In this document: positions 26,327 through 38,949 of the stretch, one piece after another
Layout: the number at the start of each line of letters is the position of its first letter
Position numbering within the stretch: position 1 is the first letter of the stretch
Source of the DNA: Mobula hypostoma
Lineage: Eukaryota
Direction of reading: 5' to 3'
Assembly: GCF_963921235.1 (NCBI RefSeq)
Contig: NC_086100.1
Span: forward strand, 152,520,001-152,584,000
Length of the DNA stretch: 64,000 bases
The notes under the pieces: generated by a model
What the model was told of the DNA's origin: nothing
Seen by the model: the letters and a program-made list of their open reading frames with translations, nothing else
Database searches by the model: none
Program-made: the position numbers and the translations under genes

Positions 26327-26473
26327 GACCAGCAACTTCCTGAACCAGAACAGTTTGACCTTTATGAATTCGGTTTTAGTGATTTAGAATTTGCTGAGAT
26401 GGATCTTGTGCGATGTGGCATACAGATGTACTATGAATTAAAAGTTGTGAACAAATTCCATATTCCACGTGAG
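26327..26473 (+). CDS. PDE6A: PDE6A exon 12 (147 bp)
   Basis: ccag|GAC...GAG|gtaagt; [49 protein letters not shown]. Confidence 0.94.
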
Positions 26474-27084
26474 GTAAGTAATTCTGTGCTGTGGGGAAAC
26501 TAAAAAGGAAGGAGCTGGATAATTATTGGGATTTAAAATTCCTGGACACTAAAAGGATCTTCAAAGAATCCAGTAGTTGTTGTTGTTGCTTGTGTGTTCT
26601 GTAAACATGGTAGGCATGTTACATTGGTGCCGAAATATGTGGTTACACTTGCAGCCTGCCCTCAGTACATCCTTAGATGGTGGTGGTTGTTAACACAGAT
26701 AAAACATTTCACTGTATATTTCCATGTTCAGGTGATAAATAAACCTAAATCTGAATCAGATTGTAGTAGATTATTGAATAAACTGAATATAACTTTCCAA
26801 GTGTCATTAAGAGCAAGAGAGTTATACAGCATGAAAACAGACCTTTCAGTTCATCGAGTTCTTGCCAACCCACTTACACCAATCTTATACTTGTTCCAAT
26901 TCTTCCCAGATTCCGTTCAAATCTCCCTAGACTCTACCATTCACCCCAAACACTAAGGGCAATTTCAATACCAATATCTTCATCTTTATTCCTTTGAAGA
27001 AAATATCTGACCCTAAAGTTTCTCTTTAGTTGACTCTTATTGAGTAATTTCAAGGTATATGATTTAAAAGATGTAATGATAGCA

Positions 27085-27480
27085 ATAAGTACTTTATTGA
27101 TCCCATGTAGGAAATTATTTTGTTACAGCAGCAACATTTAAAAACACACTTAGCAATGATAATAAATAATAATAATATTAACTAATAATAAAGTACAGAA
27201 TAATATACACAATATTAATTTACCAATGTGCAATACTATGCAATAATAATGTGCGAAATAATAAATGAGACTATTGTACTATGATGTGTGTTCTGCTGTC
27301 GCACAGAAATGAACTGTTGTATATCTTACTGCATTTAGTCGTAAAGATTTGCTGTAACAACCTTTGTGACAGCAGAGCTGGATGAGGCTGTTTGAAAGGG
27401 TGCTCCGCTGCTTAGTCAGTCGGTCATGGAGAGGATGTGTCTGACATGTAGCATGGGTCAAACAGTTCATACTGCATTTA
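27085..27480 (-). mobile_element. Rex1-like LINE 3' fragment
   Basis: HPLHDRLTKQRST...NAVR remnant; tail similar to 11571. Confidence 0.7.
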
Positions 27481-28407
27481 GTTTAGTTATCTAGACCCAG
27501 AAAAACCAACTGTCATTGCTGCCACATGTTGATGATTTCAGCCATAGTAACATGTTAGCAAGGAAAAGCAACATAGTTCTAACTCGTGATCATTCATCCA
27601 CTGAATTAATGAGGTCCAAGCCTAAGACTGGAAAGGGACAACTGATTGGAACAGAAATAGAAATAAATCATGATTTAACCAGTTCCGGCACCATTGGAAA
27701 GCACATCAGTTCCTCATTCAGGATGCAGAGGAGGTTTACCAGCAATGGAATTGGGGTGGGCCACTTCAAATAGGTGGAGAGTCAAGAAAAGCTATGATTG
27801 GCTCCCTTGAAGCATATAAAGCTAAGGCAAGATTTAATAGAAATTAGCAAAATAATGAAGGGTGTTTAGAATACCAGGGAGATGCAAATTAACAGGAAGA
27901 CACACTTAAGAAATAGGAAAAGAATCAGGAGGAGGTGGTAAAGGAAATTGTTGTCATCCTATGAATTGTTGTGTTCTGAAATGGACTGCGCAGAAAGATG
28001 GTAAGAGCATACTAAATTATCATATTATCATATCAAAGTGAACTGGAGAATGTATTTGAAGGTATTGAGGAAGGAGCAGGCACATGAGATTAATTAGATG
28101 AGCTTTCAAAGAGCTACACAGGCATAACAAGCCACAGAATCCCCTGTTCTGGTTCGGTCTATGATCCTGAGAGGTTCCGAACTGATCAAAGTTAACATTT
28201 TGTTCGAGTATTCTTCTCCAGCTATGTGGCGGTGCTTGGTCTCAGATTTCTGGGAATGAAAGGCTTGTAGGGACGTGGTTTGTGAGCTCCATTGCACTGA
28301 CTGTCCTTGATTCTCATAAAGTGTCAAAGACAATGTTTTATATTGATTGCCTAATATTGCTCTCTCATTTTCCTGTATTAATAAAATATCCTATGGATAA
28401 TTCATAG

Positions 28408-28515
28408 GTGTTAGTCCGATTTATTTATTCATTAAGTAAAGGATATCGAAGAATTACGTACCACAATTGGCGCCATGGATTCAACGTTGGGCAGACAATG
28501 TTCACTCTTCTGATG
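28408..28515 (+). CDS. PDE6A: PDE6A exon 13 (108 bp), catalytic YHNxxH
   Basis: atag|GTG...ATG|gtaaga; [36 protein letters not shown]. Confidence 0.96.
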
Positions 28516-28916
28516 GTAAGATTAGTTTCATGTTTGAGACTCTAAAATCTGCATTAATGTTACAGCCCGTTTTTCCCCCTTTGTCCTGTAACACACAGCA
28601 CTACCTTAACATTCATGATCTAAAGTATGCCCTAATAAATCGCCTGTGAGAAATCTTTCTAAATTAATACATTATATCAGCATAAGATATGAATGTTCTT
28701 AAAGGAGAGGACAACGCTAATGACCGATATTAGCACCCTACATACTTTATCTACAAATTCCATGTTCACACTTTTGTGGGCCTGCAACCTCTGATTACTG
28801 CTTAAAAATATGTAATGATCAATTCTCCAGTCAGGAAGCTACAGGAAGCTTCATCAATAAGATATGCAGCCATGTGGATTAGCTCCTAAATGTCTTTGAT
28901 TGTTTTGCATTTGCAG

Positions 28917-29026
28917 ACCGGTAAGTTGAAACGGTATTACACAGACTTGGAAACACTGGCCATGTTAACTGCAGGACTTTGCCATGATATTGATCACAGG
29001 GGGACCAACAACTTGTACCAGATGAA
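28917..29026 (+). CDS. PDE6A: PDE6A exon 14 (110 bp), HDxxHxGxxN PDE signature
   Basis: gcag|ACC...AA|gtaagt; [37 protein letters not shown]. Confidence 0.96.
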
Positions 29027-29165
29027 GTAAGTTCTTGATGAACAGATATTCTACTTCTCACTCACAGCTACATTTCAGAATTATTAAACAAGGTCTCTTT
29101 ATGTTTCTTTTATTCATAGTTCTCTGACAAGTTTCTATTTGTCATTGTTATTTATTTATCATCAG

Positions 29166-29253
29166 ATCCCAGCACCCACTAGCAAAACTTCATGGCTCTT
29201 CAATTATGGAGCGTCATCACCTGGAGCTTAGCAAGACTCTACTTGCCGATGAG
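29166..29253 (+). CDS. PDE6A: PDE6A exon 15 (88 bp)
   Basis: tcag|ATCC...GAG|gtgagc; [29 protein letters not shown]. Confidence 0.95.
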
Positions 29254-29900
29254 GTGAGCCTTTGGATCACATGGACACCTGTGGTTAGATGTGGGTCTCC
29301 TTACCAAGCCCATCAAACATTAGAGTGAAATGGAACAGAATGTAGTTACAACAGGGGGAACTGAAGATGAAATTCCCTTGGGCAATCGCTCTGCCTCTGC
29401 ATGATGACTCACTGCAGCACATTGTGATTATTTTTTCCATCGACTTCAAGAGAAATTTCAGTTGTATTAACACCAGGAGAAAATAAACTGGGCTACTGCA
29501 TATATTAATTGAGCTACAAAGACAATCACTGGAAATGTGAACTAGGGAGTGCAGAGGCCATTTACAAAGGTAGTAACTGTTCTCTTATTTGCACGTGGAA
29601 TGTAGGTGCCATTGGCAATGCCAGCATTTATATTTAGTCCTAATTATCTCATGAACTGAAAAGCCAGTTAAGAGCCGAACAGGGTAAGGATGGCAGATTT
29701 CCTTCTCTGAATGATACGTGGACCAAAGCAGAGTTTACAAAAATATAGTGCTTTCATGGCTACCATTACTGATTTGTGACCTTTAGTTTCAAGTTCGAAT
29801 TCAATCATACACATGAATACAGCCAAATGAAAGAGTGCTCCTCTGGGGCCACGGTGCAATACACAGGGCCAATAGTCACAGAGGGGACATATAGCATATA

Positions 29901-30833
29901 TAGAACATAGAATAGTAGAGCACAGTACAGGCCCCTCGGCCCACAATGTTGTGCCGACCCTCAAACCCTGCCTCCCGTATAAGCCTCCACCCTAAATTCC
30001 TCCATATACCTGTCTAGTAGTCTCTTAAACTTCACTAGTGTATCTGCCTCCACCACTGACTCAGGCAGTGCATTCCACGCACCAACCACTCTCTGAGTAA
30101 AAAACCTTCCTCTAATATCCCCCTTGAACTTCCCACCCCCTACCTTAAAGCCATGTCCTCTTGTATTGAGCAGTGGTGCCCTGGGGAAGAGGCGCTGGCT
30201 ATCCACTCTATCTGTTCCTGTTAATATCTGGTATACCTCTATCATGTCTCCTCTTATCCTCCTCCTCTCCAAAGTGTAAAGCTCTAGCTCCCTTAATCTC
30301 TGATCATAATGCATACTCTCTAAAGCAGGCAGCATCCTGATAAATCTCCTCTGTACCCTTTCCAATGCTTCCACATCCTTCCTATAGTGAGGCAAACAGA
30401 ACTGGACACAATACTCCAAGTGTGGCCTAATCAGAGTTTTATAGAACTGCATCATTACCTTGCGACTCTTAAACTCTATCCCTTGACTTATGAAAGCGAA
30501 CACTCCATAAGCTTCCTTAACTACCCTATCTACCTGTGAAGCAACTTCCAGGGATCTGTGGACATGTACCCCCAGATCCCTCTGCTCCTCCACACTACCA
30601 AGTATCCTACCATTTACTTTGTACTCTGCCTTGGAGTTTGTCCTTCCAAAGTGTATCACCTCATACTTTTCCAGGTTGAACTCCATCTGCCACTTCTCAG
30701 CCCACTTCTGCATCCTATCAATGTCTCTCTGCAATCTTTGACAATCCTCTACACTATCTACAACACCACCAACCTTTGTGTCATCTGAAAACTTGCCAAC
30801 CCAGCCATCTACCCCCACATCCAGGTCGTTAAT
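29901..30833 (-). mobile_element. Young CR1 LINE, 5' truncated, nested in an older repeat (29785-31470)
   Basis: Uninterrupted 285-aa ORF2 C-terminus (KFSDDTK...RPHLEYCVQF); TTCTATG tail. Confidence 0.92.
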
Positions 30834-31856
30834 AAATATACAATTACAGTATCAGGTAAACATACAGCTACCCAAAAAAATATAGCCCAAGTCCCTGAGT
30901 GTCATGGCCTGGAGATTGATGGTGCATGGGATGTCGTCCTGACGCCACATTTTCTGCAAGTAGAAGGCAGCAGCAGTCCTCCTCGTGCACTGGTACGGCT
31001 GCAGACGAACGCAATCCACCTCGTCTTCCAGTGAGCAAAAGCTCCGGCAGGGAGGACCGACAGGAGGGGCCAGCCGCCAGCCCAACACTGAATCCAGCCG
31101 TGTCCCTGCTCTCTCCTACACCACCTTCAGCAGCTCCTTCCTTGGGCGGCTGCAGCAGGAGACCCCGTAGCTTGTGGGCCTGGTCCACGTAACAACCACG
31201 GCTACACGGCTCCCCTGCCATTCTCTAGCCAATGAACCCATGAATTGGACTTGTAGCATTCAACATTATCAATGTCCAACAGGGTTTTGTGACCGTAAGA
31301 AAAACGACCAAGACAATCATTTGCACTGTTTGCTGGACTGCACACGGCCCCTGCTCAGCACCTTTCTCCTTGGGTGGCTGTAGCAGGCTGCACCACAGTA
31401 CACAACAGGTCCAGCTCCGCCGTGACTGGGCAACTCACCAGTGGGGTAGACCTGCAGTACTTGATATTCTTAATACCCAACAGTGTCTTGCTATCATAAA
31501 AAAACTAAAGGATGAACTATCACACCTTTGTTTGGATCCAGAGAAGCTGCTGCAACCGAGCACGGCACCATCTTACCAAAAGATATTTCACTGAACAAGC
31601 CAGAAGTGTAATGATGTGAAGTTAAATTCCCCTGCTGGCATGGTAGGAGTCGAATTCACATCCCTGGATAAATAATCCAGCAATCTAGTCACTAAATCAG
31701 TAACTATATCACACTGGAGTGCTTAACATAATTGAAGGTTGTGTTGATAATAACACTTTTGAGGTTAAAATATCTATTATTCCTGGATTGGCAGACTATG
31801 AATTAACCTTGACCTGCCTCACAACTCTGAAAATCTGTCGTGCTATGGTTTTGTAC

Positions 31857-32090
31857 TGCTATGTTTTGTACCTCTGGAAATTAATTGAGAGGTAAACATG
31901 GGAGCCCGGGAGTACTCATGTTCTTTGTTTTATTTTCAGTGAGGCGTGCACGTATGCTGTGCTGGCGTAATGACTTATTCTATTCACTTATTTCTTATAT
32001 ATGACCCACGGTAAACAAACAAAGAATGCTTAATCAAACAATATATTTACAATATTACTCAAATAGTCCAGTAATATTAAGTACACAGCA
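31857..32090 (-). repeat. 3' LTR (~234 bp) of the Gypsy element
   Basis: TG...CA ends with imperfect inverted termini TGCTGTGT/TGCTATGT, directly after purine tract AAGCAGGGAGAAG; internal TATATAA and AATAAA. Confidence 0.8.
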
Positions 32091-35000
32091 CTTCTCCCTG
32101 CTTAGCTATAAACTCCAACTCAATATAGAATGCATCTCTAATATACATACATACACATGCACAGTATGCTATATAATACAGATACCATACAGATATACGC
32201 AACTAGTAAATTTTAAATTGTCCCACTCAGGCCTAACGATTTAATCACTGTGGAGGATTTCTTATTCTTGTGGAATGATGTCTTTCCTGACAAGGGGAGT
32301 CATTGTGTTTGACAGGTGAGACTTGTGGCTGTGAAATAGTATCAGGTTCTGGGGCCTCCTCTGTGGTGGTTGTAGGAGTTGACTGAGGGACTGAAGGAAG
32401 TGGTTCTGACAACTCTGGGCACTTTTCTTCTTCAACAATTGACTTTTCTCTCCTCAACTGATTGATGTGTATCGCCAGATGACATCAGACACAATCTCCA
32501 CTGTGTAGGAGAGTGGACCAGTCTGTTCCTAATCATTCCAAGTACCCACTTTTGAACATCTCTGTCATCCATCACTAGGACTGCTTGTCCAGGAGTGAGA
32601 TATTGAACCTACTTGTTTGTGGAGCCCTCAGTTTGCCTCAACTGTTTGTCCTGCATACTCCTTCTGAGACTGGGTTAGAGGACATTCAAGTGTAAGCACA
32701 TGGGACAATCCAGGAAAAGCAAAGCTGGTGAGTTGGTTGTGGAGTGTACTGCACTGCAACATGCAAGGAGAAAGTTGGCGAGTTTCGGATTCAGTGTTGG
32801 TGTGTTCAGTTGACATTGCTCAAAGAATGTTCTTTAGATTTTGGACAAGCATTTCCACCAAGCCATTTGGAGCTGGGCGGTACAGTGCTGATGCAATTAT
32901 TCCATTATTTTCAGGAATCTTATTCCATTCATTTTCAGGAATGACTGAAACTGTTCTGCAACAAACTGTGGTCCACTGTCAGTGACTAAGTGTTCTGGAA
33001 CACCAGAACTCTTGCGAAGAGCCTTCTCAACACATTAGCAGTGTGCAGTGCTGTAGTGGAGGCTTTTGGAAACAATTCTGCCCACTTTGTAGTTGCATCC
33101 ACTACTACCAAGGAATATGAGCCCATGAATGGTCCTGAAAAATCCACATGAATCCTCTGCCAGGGCAGTGAAAGCTGTTCCCAGGGATGGACAGGCCCTG
33201 CTCTTGGCATCCCAGACAGTGCATGGCAAGCTGCTTAGTCTGCTGGTCTATCCCATGCCACCAGACAAAATGCCTTCACTTTAACCATGCCTAGATGACT
33301 GGCATGTAGCTCGGCCAACACTTTAGCTCTCAACTTGGATGGTACAACAACTCTGAGTCCCCACGTAAGACAACTCCTGCCAGGTGCAAGGTCATTCCTG
33401 TGCTGGTAAAAAATGGAGTAATTGGAATTTCTGCTGCACATTCCAGCCAGTTTGTGTTGCCATATAGACTGTGACAGTGTGTGGTCTTTCTGGTTTCCCT
33501 TTGGGTCATCTCTGCCGTAATAGGGAGACTTTCAGTTTTGATTAGAGGGAATACGTCAAGAGGAGAGTTTTCTTTTGCCAGGTTTTCTGACATTCCCTTT
33601 TCCAAAGGTAAAAGGGACAATCAATCTGTATTTCCATGATGAGATGTCCTCTTGAATTTGATCTTGTAATTGTGTTCTCCCAGAACCAGAGCCCATCTCT
33701 GCAGTTGTACTGCTACTGCTGTGAAACACCCTTCTGAGGACTGAAAATGGAGACTAGTGGTTGATGAACAGTAATGAGGATAAACTCTCTCCCATACAAC
33801 TACTGGTTGAAATGTTTTACTTCTCAACCAGTCTCAAGGCCTCTCCGTCAATCTGTACATAATTTTTTTCTACAGTGGTAACGAAACATAATGCAAAGGC
33901 TATGGGAGTCACTTCCATCCCTCATAACATGTGACAAATAGGCAGGTTTGGAAGGAACCTGTTGTAGGAATTGACAATCCTAAAAAGGCCTGCAACTGTG
34001 ACACGCCCTTTGGCCTTGGGTCATCCACCACTACTTGAACCTTCTTGTGTATTTCTTGTGCATCAATGGTGTGACCACAGTAAGTGATGCTTGGTTTAAA
34101 GTCACACTTGTCGCATCATACTCTGAGCCTATATTTTTCTAATCTTTTTTCACACTGTCTGGAGATTTTGGAGATGATCCTTGTAGTCCTCATGGATAAC
34201 AATGTAACACTGAGTACCTGTGCAGCCTTGTAGCACCTTGTCGACAGCTTACTACCAGTGTGCTGGTGTAGATACTGCTCCAAAATAGGCCTATTATAGT
34301 GATAAAGTGCTTTGTGAGTGTTTATGATGAGAAACACTTTGGACTCTTCTTGCATCTCCATCTGTAGGAAGACCTCAGCTAAGTCCACTTTGCTGAAGTG
34401 TTTTCCTCCAGAAAGATTTGCAAAGATATCCTCTATCCTGGGCAGACGGTCTTGATTGACTTTCAGTACTGGGTTAATGGTGACCTTAAGATCACCACAG
34501 ATCCTGACAGACCCATTTTTCTTGGTTACTGGGACAACTGGTGATGCCCATGGGCTCCACTCAAACTTGGAAAGAATTCCTTCAGCCTCCATGTCATCCA
34601 TCTCAGTGTCTATCTTATTACAGATGGTATAAGGAACTGGATGAGCTTTGTAAAACTTGGGTGTAGCATTTTCATTTGACATTATTTTACCTGTGATATG
34701 TTTGAATTTTCCAATGCCATCCTTGTATACTGCTATGGCATCTTACCTTTCTTAATTTGCTTTCAGTTGACTTTATTGCAGGGGATGTGGTATGAAAGTG
34801 GTGGATGGATCTCCAATCAAGTTGTAGTTGTCTCAGCCACTCACTACCCCACGATGCTGGCCCTCCTGTTTTTACTGCATACAAGCCCAATGTGGCTTGT
34901 AAGTTGTTGTGTTTCACTGCTACAAATGTCATTCCCACAGGAGTTATCTTTTCTCCAGTATAAGTTCCTCGTGGAATATCTGCAGGCTTCAGTTCAAACT

Positions 35001-35473
35001 GCCTTTGTGGAATGACTGAAACAGCCAAGTCAATATCCAAATCCATTTTAATTAATTTGATGTTCACTTCTGGTGTAAGCCATATTGCCTGTCTCCTGTT
35101 ACTTTTCGCATTGTATACTGTATCTCAAGGTTACTCAGTTTCATGTCACTCTCATCATTATCATATTTTTCACCAAGAGCATGCTCTTTTTGAAACTGCA
35201 ACTTAATTTTTTTATCTTTTTCTTTTTACTGTGCAGTATATTTATTTTTGTCTGCCCTCCATGATCTTGTATGTGTCCTACTTCGTGGCATTTTCTGCAA
35301 ATTTCACCTTTAAACCTACATTGGGTCTGGTGTATGTGAACCCCTGCCACAATGGTAACACAACTTGATCGATCAGGCAAGTTTCTGTTTAGATGTTGCA
35401 ATTTTTTTCTTGTTCACTTTCATTCTTGACTGCTACTCTTTAGTTGCTGTTTTCATGAATACAGCAATTTCAA
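31857..35473 (-). mobile_element. Degenerate Gypsy/Ty3 LTR retrotransposon, 5' portion missing
   Basis: gag CCHC knuckles (CRKCHEVGH), protease (MDLDI..AVSVI), RT (WASPVVPVTKKNGSVRICGD), integrase (PWQRIHVDFSGPF); PPT at 32091-32103. Confidence 0.9.
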
Positions 35474-36140
35474 CCAACATACATCAAAGTTGCTGGTGAA
35501 CGCAACAGGCCAAGCAGCATCTGTAGGAAGAGGTGCAGTCGACGTTTCAGGCCGAGACCCTTCGTCAGGACTAACTGAAGGAAGAGTGAGTAAGGGATTT
35601 GAAAGTGGGAGGGGGAGATCCAAAATGATAGGAGAAGACAGGAGGGGGAAGGATAGAGCCGAGAGCTGGACAGGTGATAGGCAAAAGGGGATACGAGAGG
35701 ATCATGGGACAGGAGGTCCGGGAAGAAAGACGGGGGGGCGGGGTGACCCAGAGGATGGGCAAGAGGTATATTCAGAGGGACAGAGGGAGAAAAAGCAGAG
35801 TGAGAGAAAGAATGTGTGCATAAAAATGAGTAACAGATGGGGTACAAGGGGGAGGTGGGGCCTTAGCGGAAGTTAGAGAAGTCGATGTTCATGCCATCAG
35901 GTTGGAGGCTACCCAGATGGAATATAAGGTGTTGTTCCTCCAACCTGAGTGTGGCTTCATCTTTACAGTAGAGGAGGCCGTGGATAGACATATCAGAATG
36001 GGAATGGGACGTGGAATTAAAATGTGTGGCCACTGGGAGATCCTGCTTTCTCTGGCGGACAGAGCGTAGGTGTTCAGCGAAACGATCTCCCAGCCTGCGT
36101 CAGGTCTCGCCAATATATAGATGGTCACATCGGAAGCACC
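35474..36140 (-). mobile_element. Penelope-like element 3' fragment
   Basis: GIY-YIG remnant YIGET*RRLGDRFAEH; pyrimidine-rich UTR; hammerhead in the terminus. Confidence 0.85.
35536..35573 (-). ncRNA. Minimal type I hammerhead ribozyme motif
   Basis: Minus strand: tAGTC-CTGACGA-AGG gtctcgg CCT-GAAA-C-GTC-GACTg; both conserved core boxes, stems I and II, palindromic ACGT helix III. Confidence 0.75.
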
Positions 36141-37979
36141 AGTGCCTTGCAAGCACTGAATTTATCATGCTTCAGAAATTTAAAGCATACCTTGGCCTTC
36201 AACATCAGTGTAGTAACAACATGTTGCATTCCTGGTGGTGTGAATGGGATAATAATGGGTTAAGTCAGGCTGCACAGATAATTCTTTTTCCCTATTATTA
36301 GCTGGTTCAAGGACCATGAAATATAGAGTTAATGTGAAGTGAACAAGATATAGAAGGGATATGAGGATTTTTTTTTTATGCAGAGTAATGACGATCTGAA
36401 ACTCACCGTCTGGTGGTGATGGAAATGGAGGCAATCACATTTTTCAAAGGTAAATAATTCATGGGTTTGAGGAAAAATAATTTACAACCTGTGAGGAAGC
36501 AACAGTGTGACTGGACAGAATTGATAGCTGATGAGGAGCAATATATACTCAGAGGAGTAAATAGCTTCCAGTGCACTGTATGATTCTACAGTGATGGATT
36601 TATATTACATTCAACGACTACTTCTAATAAGATATCAAGAGGCCATTTTTGTCATTAATGAACAAAACTTGTTCTTCAAATAATAACAGCATAAATTACT
36701 GGCCATTCATCTCACTGCTTTTACTGGGTTTTGGCTGCAGCAAAATTATTGAAGTTTCTGTCCACTTTAACATTAAATATTCTACTTCATGTTAACTGAT
36801 TGTACATGAAGATCTTTAAAATGTTCTAAGAAACATGGTAAGACTCATTATATACAAATTTATCCTTGGCTGCTTTGCTGGAATGTATTTAGTACTGGTA
36901 TCCAGCAATTCGAGATCATTTGTTTCATACTATTCAGCTACAATGCAATTGACATTCAGGGATATGTGTCCTCAATTTACAAAGCTTTTCTCATTATAAT
37001 GAACATTCTTAAAGTTATGAAATAGACAACAAGATTATTTCAATATGTCCAGTAATCTGTTGTTGAACTCCCAGGTGTGTCTTTGACAAAAAAACTCATT
37101 ACCCAATAACACCGACAGGCGCATTGACATAAACAGCTGCTTACACAGTCCATTGACATAAAGACCTAAGAAACAAACCATTGCCAATTACATTAATTCA
37201 TTATTAATGCAACTCACTGACTCTAATGGTTATAATAGAATGCTACCCCTGGAGGTACATCTTGTTGTTATGAAGGGCAAAGATTTTGTGATGTAGAGAA
37301 TCAGAAAAGGCTTAGGGATATGGTTAGAAGGTCAGAAGCAATGGCAGGTCCCTCTGAGTTTGTGATGTACAGGAAAAACTGCAATTGCAAGGCAAGGAGC
37401 TCACAGGATCTGTTAGACTTTGAGTATCAGATGTCAAAGGAGGAAGAAGAAGCCACCAGCACTGCACCATTACCATGACCAAAACAGCTCACCACAAAGA
37501 GACATTGACAGACTTTCAGCCCTTTGAGAAAAACAAGTCAGCTACAAAGATGACAATCCCAACATAGAGCACATTAGATGTAACCGCATCACTGGAATTG
37601 CTTGATCAGATGAAGAAGAGGCAAACTGGCCAGATGCCAATTGATATCTTCCCTAAATCTTGTTTATTAGCTTGCCAGAAAAAGTCAGAAGGATCCTTAT
37701 CTTCAATGTTGCCAGCACCAAAAATTCTCAGAATCATCAGGACCACCATCAAGTGACCCTGGGGAACTCTGCTCTCACATTTTATGCTGACATCTTAGCA
37801 ACATCAGTCAGTAGCAAGAGTAGACCACTGGGCCCTTTGAGCCTGCTCCACCATTCAATATAATCATGGCTGATCTGATTGCCACATCAACGTACCATTC
37901 CCACTTTCGTTATCTGCGTATAAGGGAAGTGTCTCAAAGAAGATTTATACTTATGACTTAATACAACTTCAATGTCATA

Positions 37980-38918
37980 TTTAAGCTTTCTGATGATGCT
38001 ACTATTGGCCGAATCAAAGGTGGTGAGTGAATCGGCGTATAGGAGGGAGATTGAAAATCTGGTTTAATCGTGGGACAGCAACAACATTTCACTCACAATC
38101 TTCAGAACTAAAGAGCTGATTATTGACTACAGGAGGAAGAAACCTGGGGTCCACAAGCCGGTCCTCATTAGGTGATCAGAGGTGGAGATGGTCAGTAACC
38201 TCAAAATCCTTGGTGTCCTGATCTCTGAAGATCGACCCTGCATCCAGCACATAAGTGCTATCACAAAGAAGACACGGCAGTGCCTCTACTTTCTTCAAAG
38301 TTTACACAGATGTGGCATATTATCCAAAACTTTGACAAACTTCTACAGATGCACAGTGGGGAGTATGCTGACTGGTTGTATCACGGTCTGGTATGGAAAC
38401 ACCAGTGCACAAGAACGGAAAAAATCAAAACAAAAAACGGTAGATACAGCCCAGTCCATCACAGGAAAAACCCTCCTTACCATTCAGCACATCTACAAGG
38501 AGAGCTGCCGCAAGAGAGCAGCATCCATCATCAAGGGCTCCCACCTTCCAGGCCATCTCTTTTCTCCTGCCATCAGGAAGGAAGTACAGAATCCTTAGGT
38601 CTCACAGGATCAGGAACTTCAACCATCAGGCTTTTGAACCAGTGTGAATAACTTCACTCACCTGAACGCTGAATTGGTTCGACAACCGTTATTCGTTTGT
38701 CTATTTACTTATTTATTTGTTTGTTTATTAATTATTTTTTGCATTTGCTCAGCTTGTCTTCTTTTACACATTGGCTGTTTGTTCATTTTTGTTTATATGT
38801 AGCTTTCCATTGATTCTATTTTTCTTTGTTCGCCTGAGAATGCTTGCAAGAAAATGAATCTCAAGATAATATAGTATATGATGACATATGTATAGTTTGA
38901 TAATAACTTTACTTTTAA
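37980..38918 (+). mobile_element. Rex1-like LINE fragment
   Basis: KLSDDATI, LGVLISED, RQCLYFL, LTNFYRCTV; tail ttacttttaact. Confidence 0.8.
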
Positions 38919-38949
38919 CTGAAGTTTCTGTTTCTTGGTAAGCAGAATA

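Noticed and set aside
30840-31470. GC-rich island with overlapping ORFs as a promoter or gene
   Set aside because: Continuous with a LINE-tailed interspersed repeat starting at 29785
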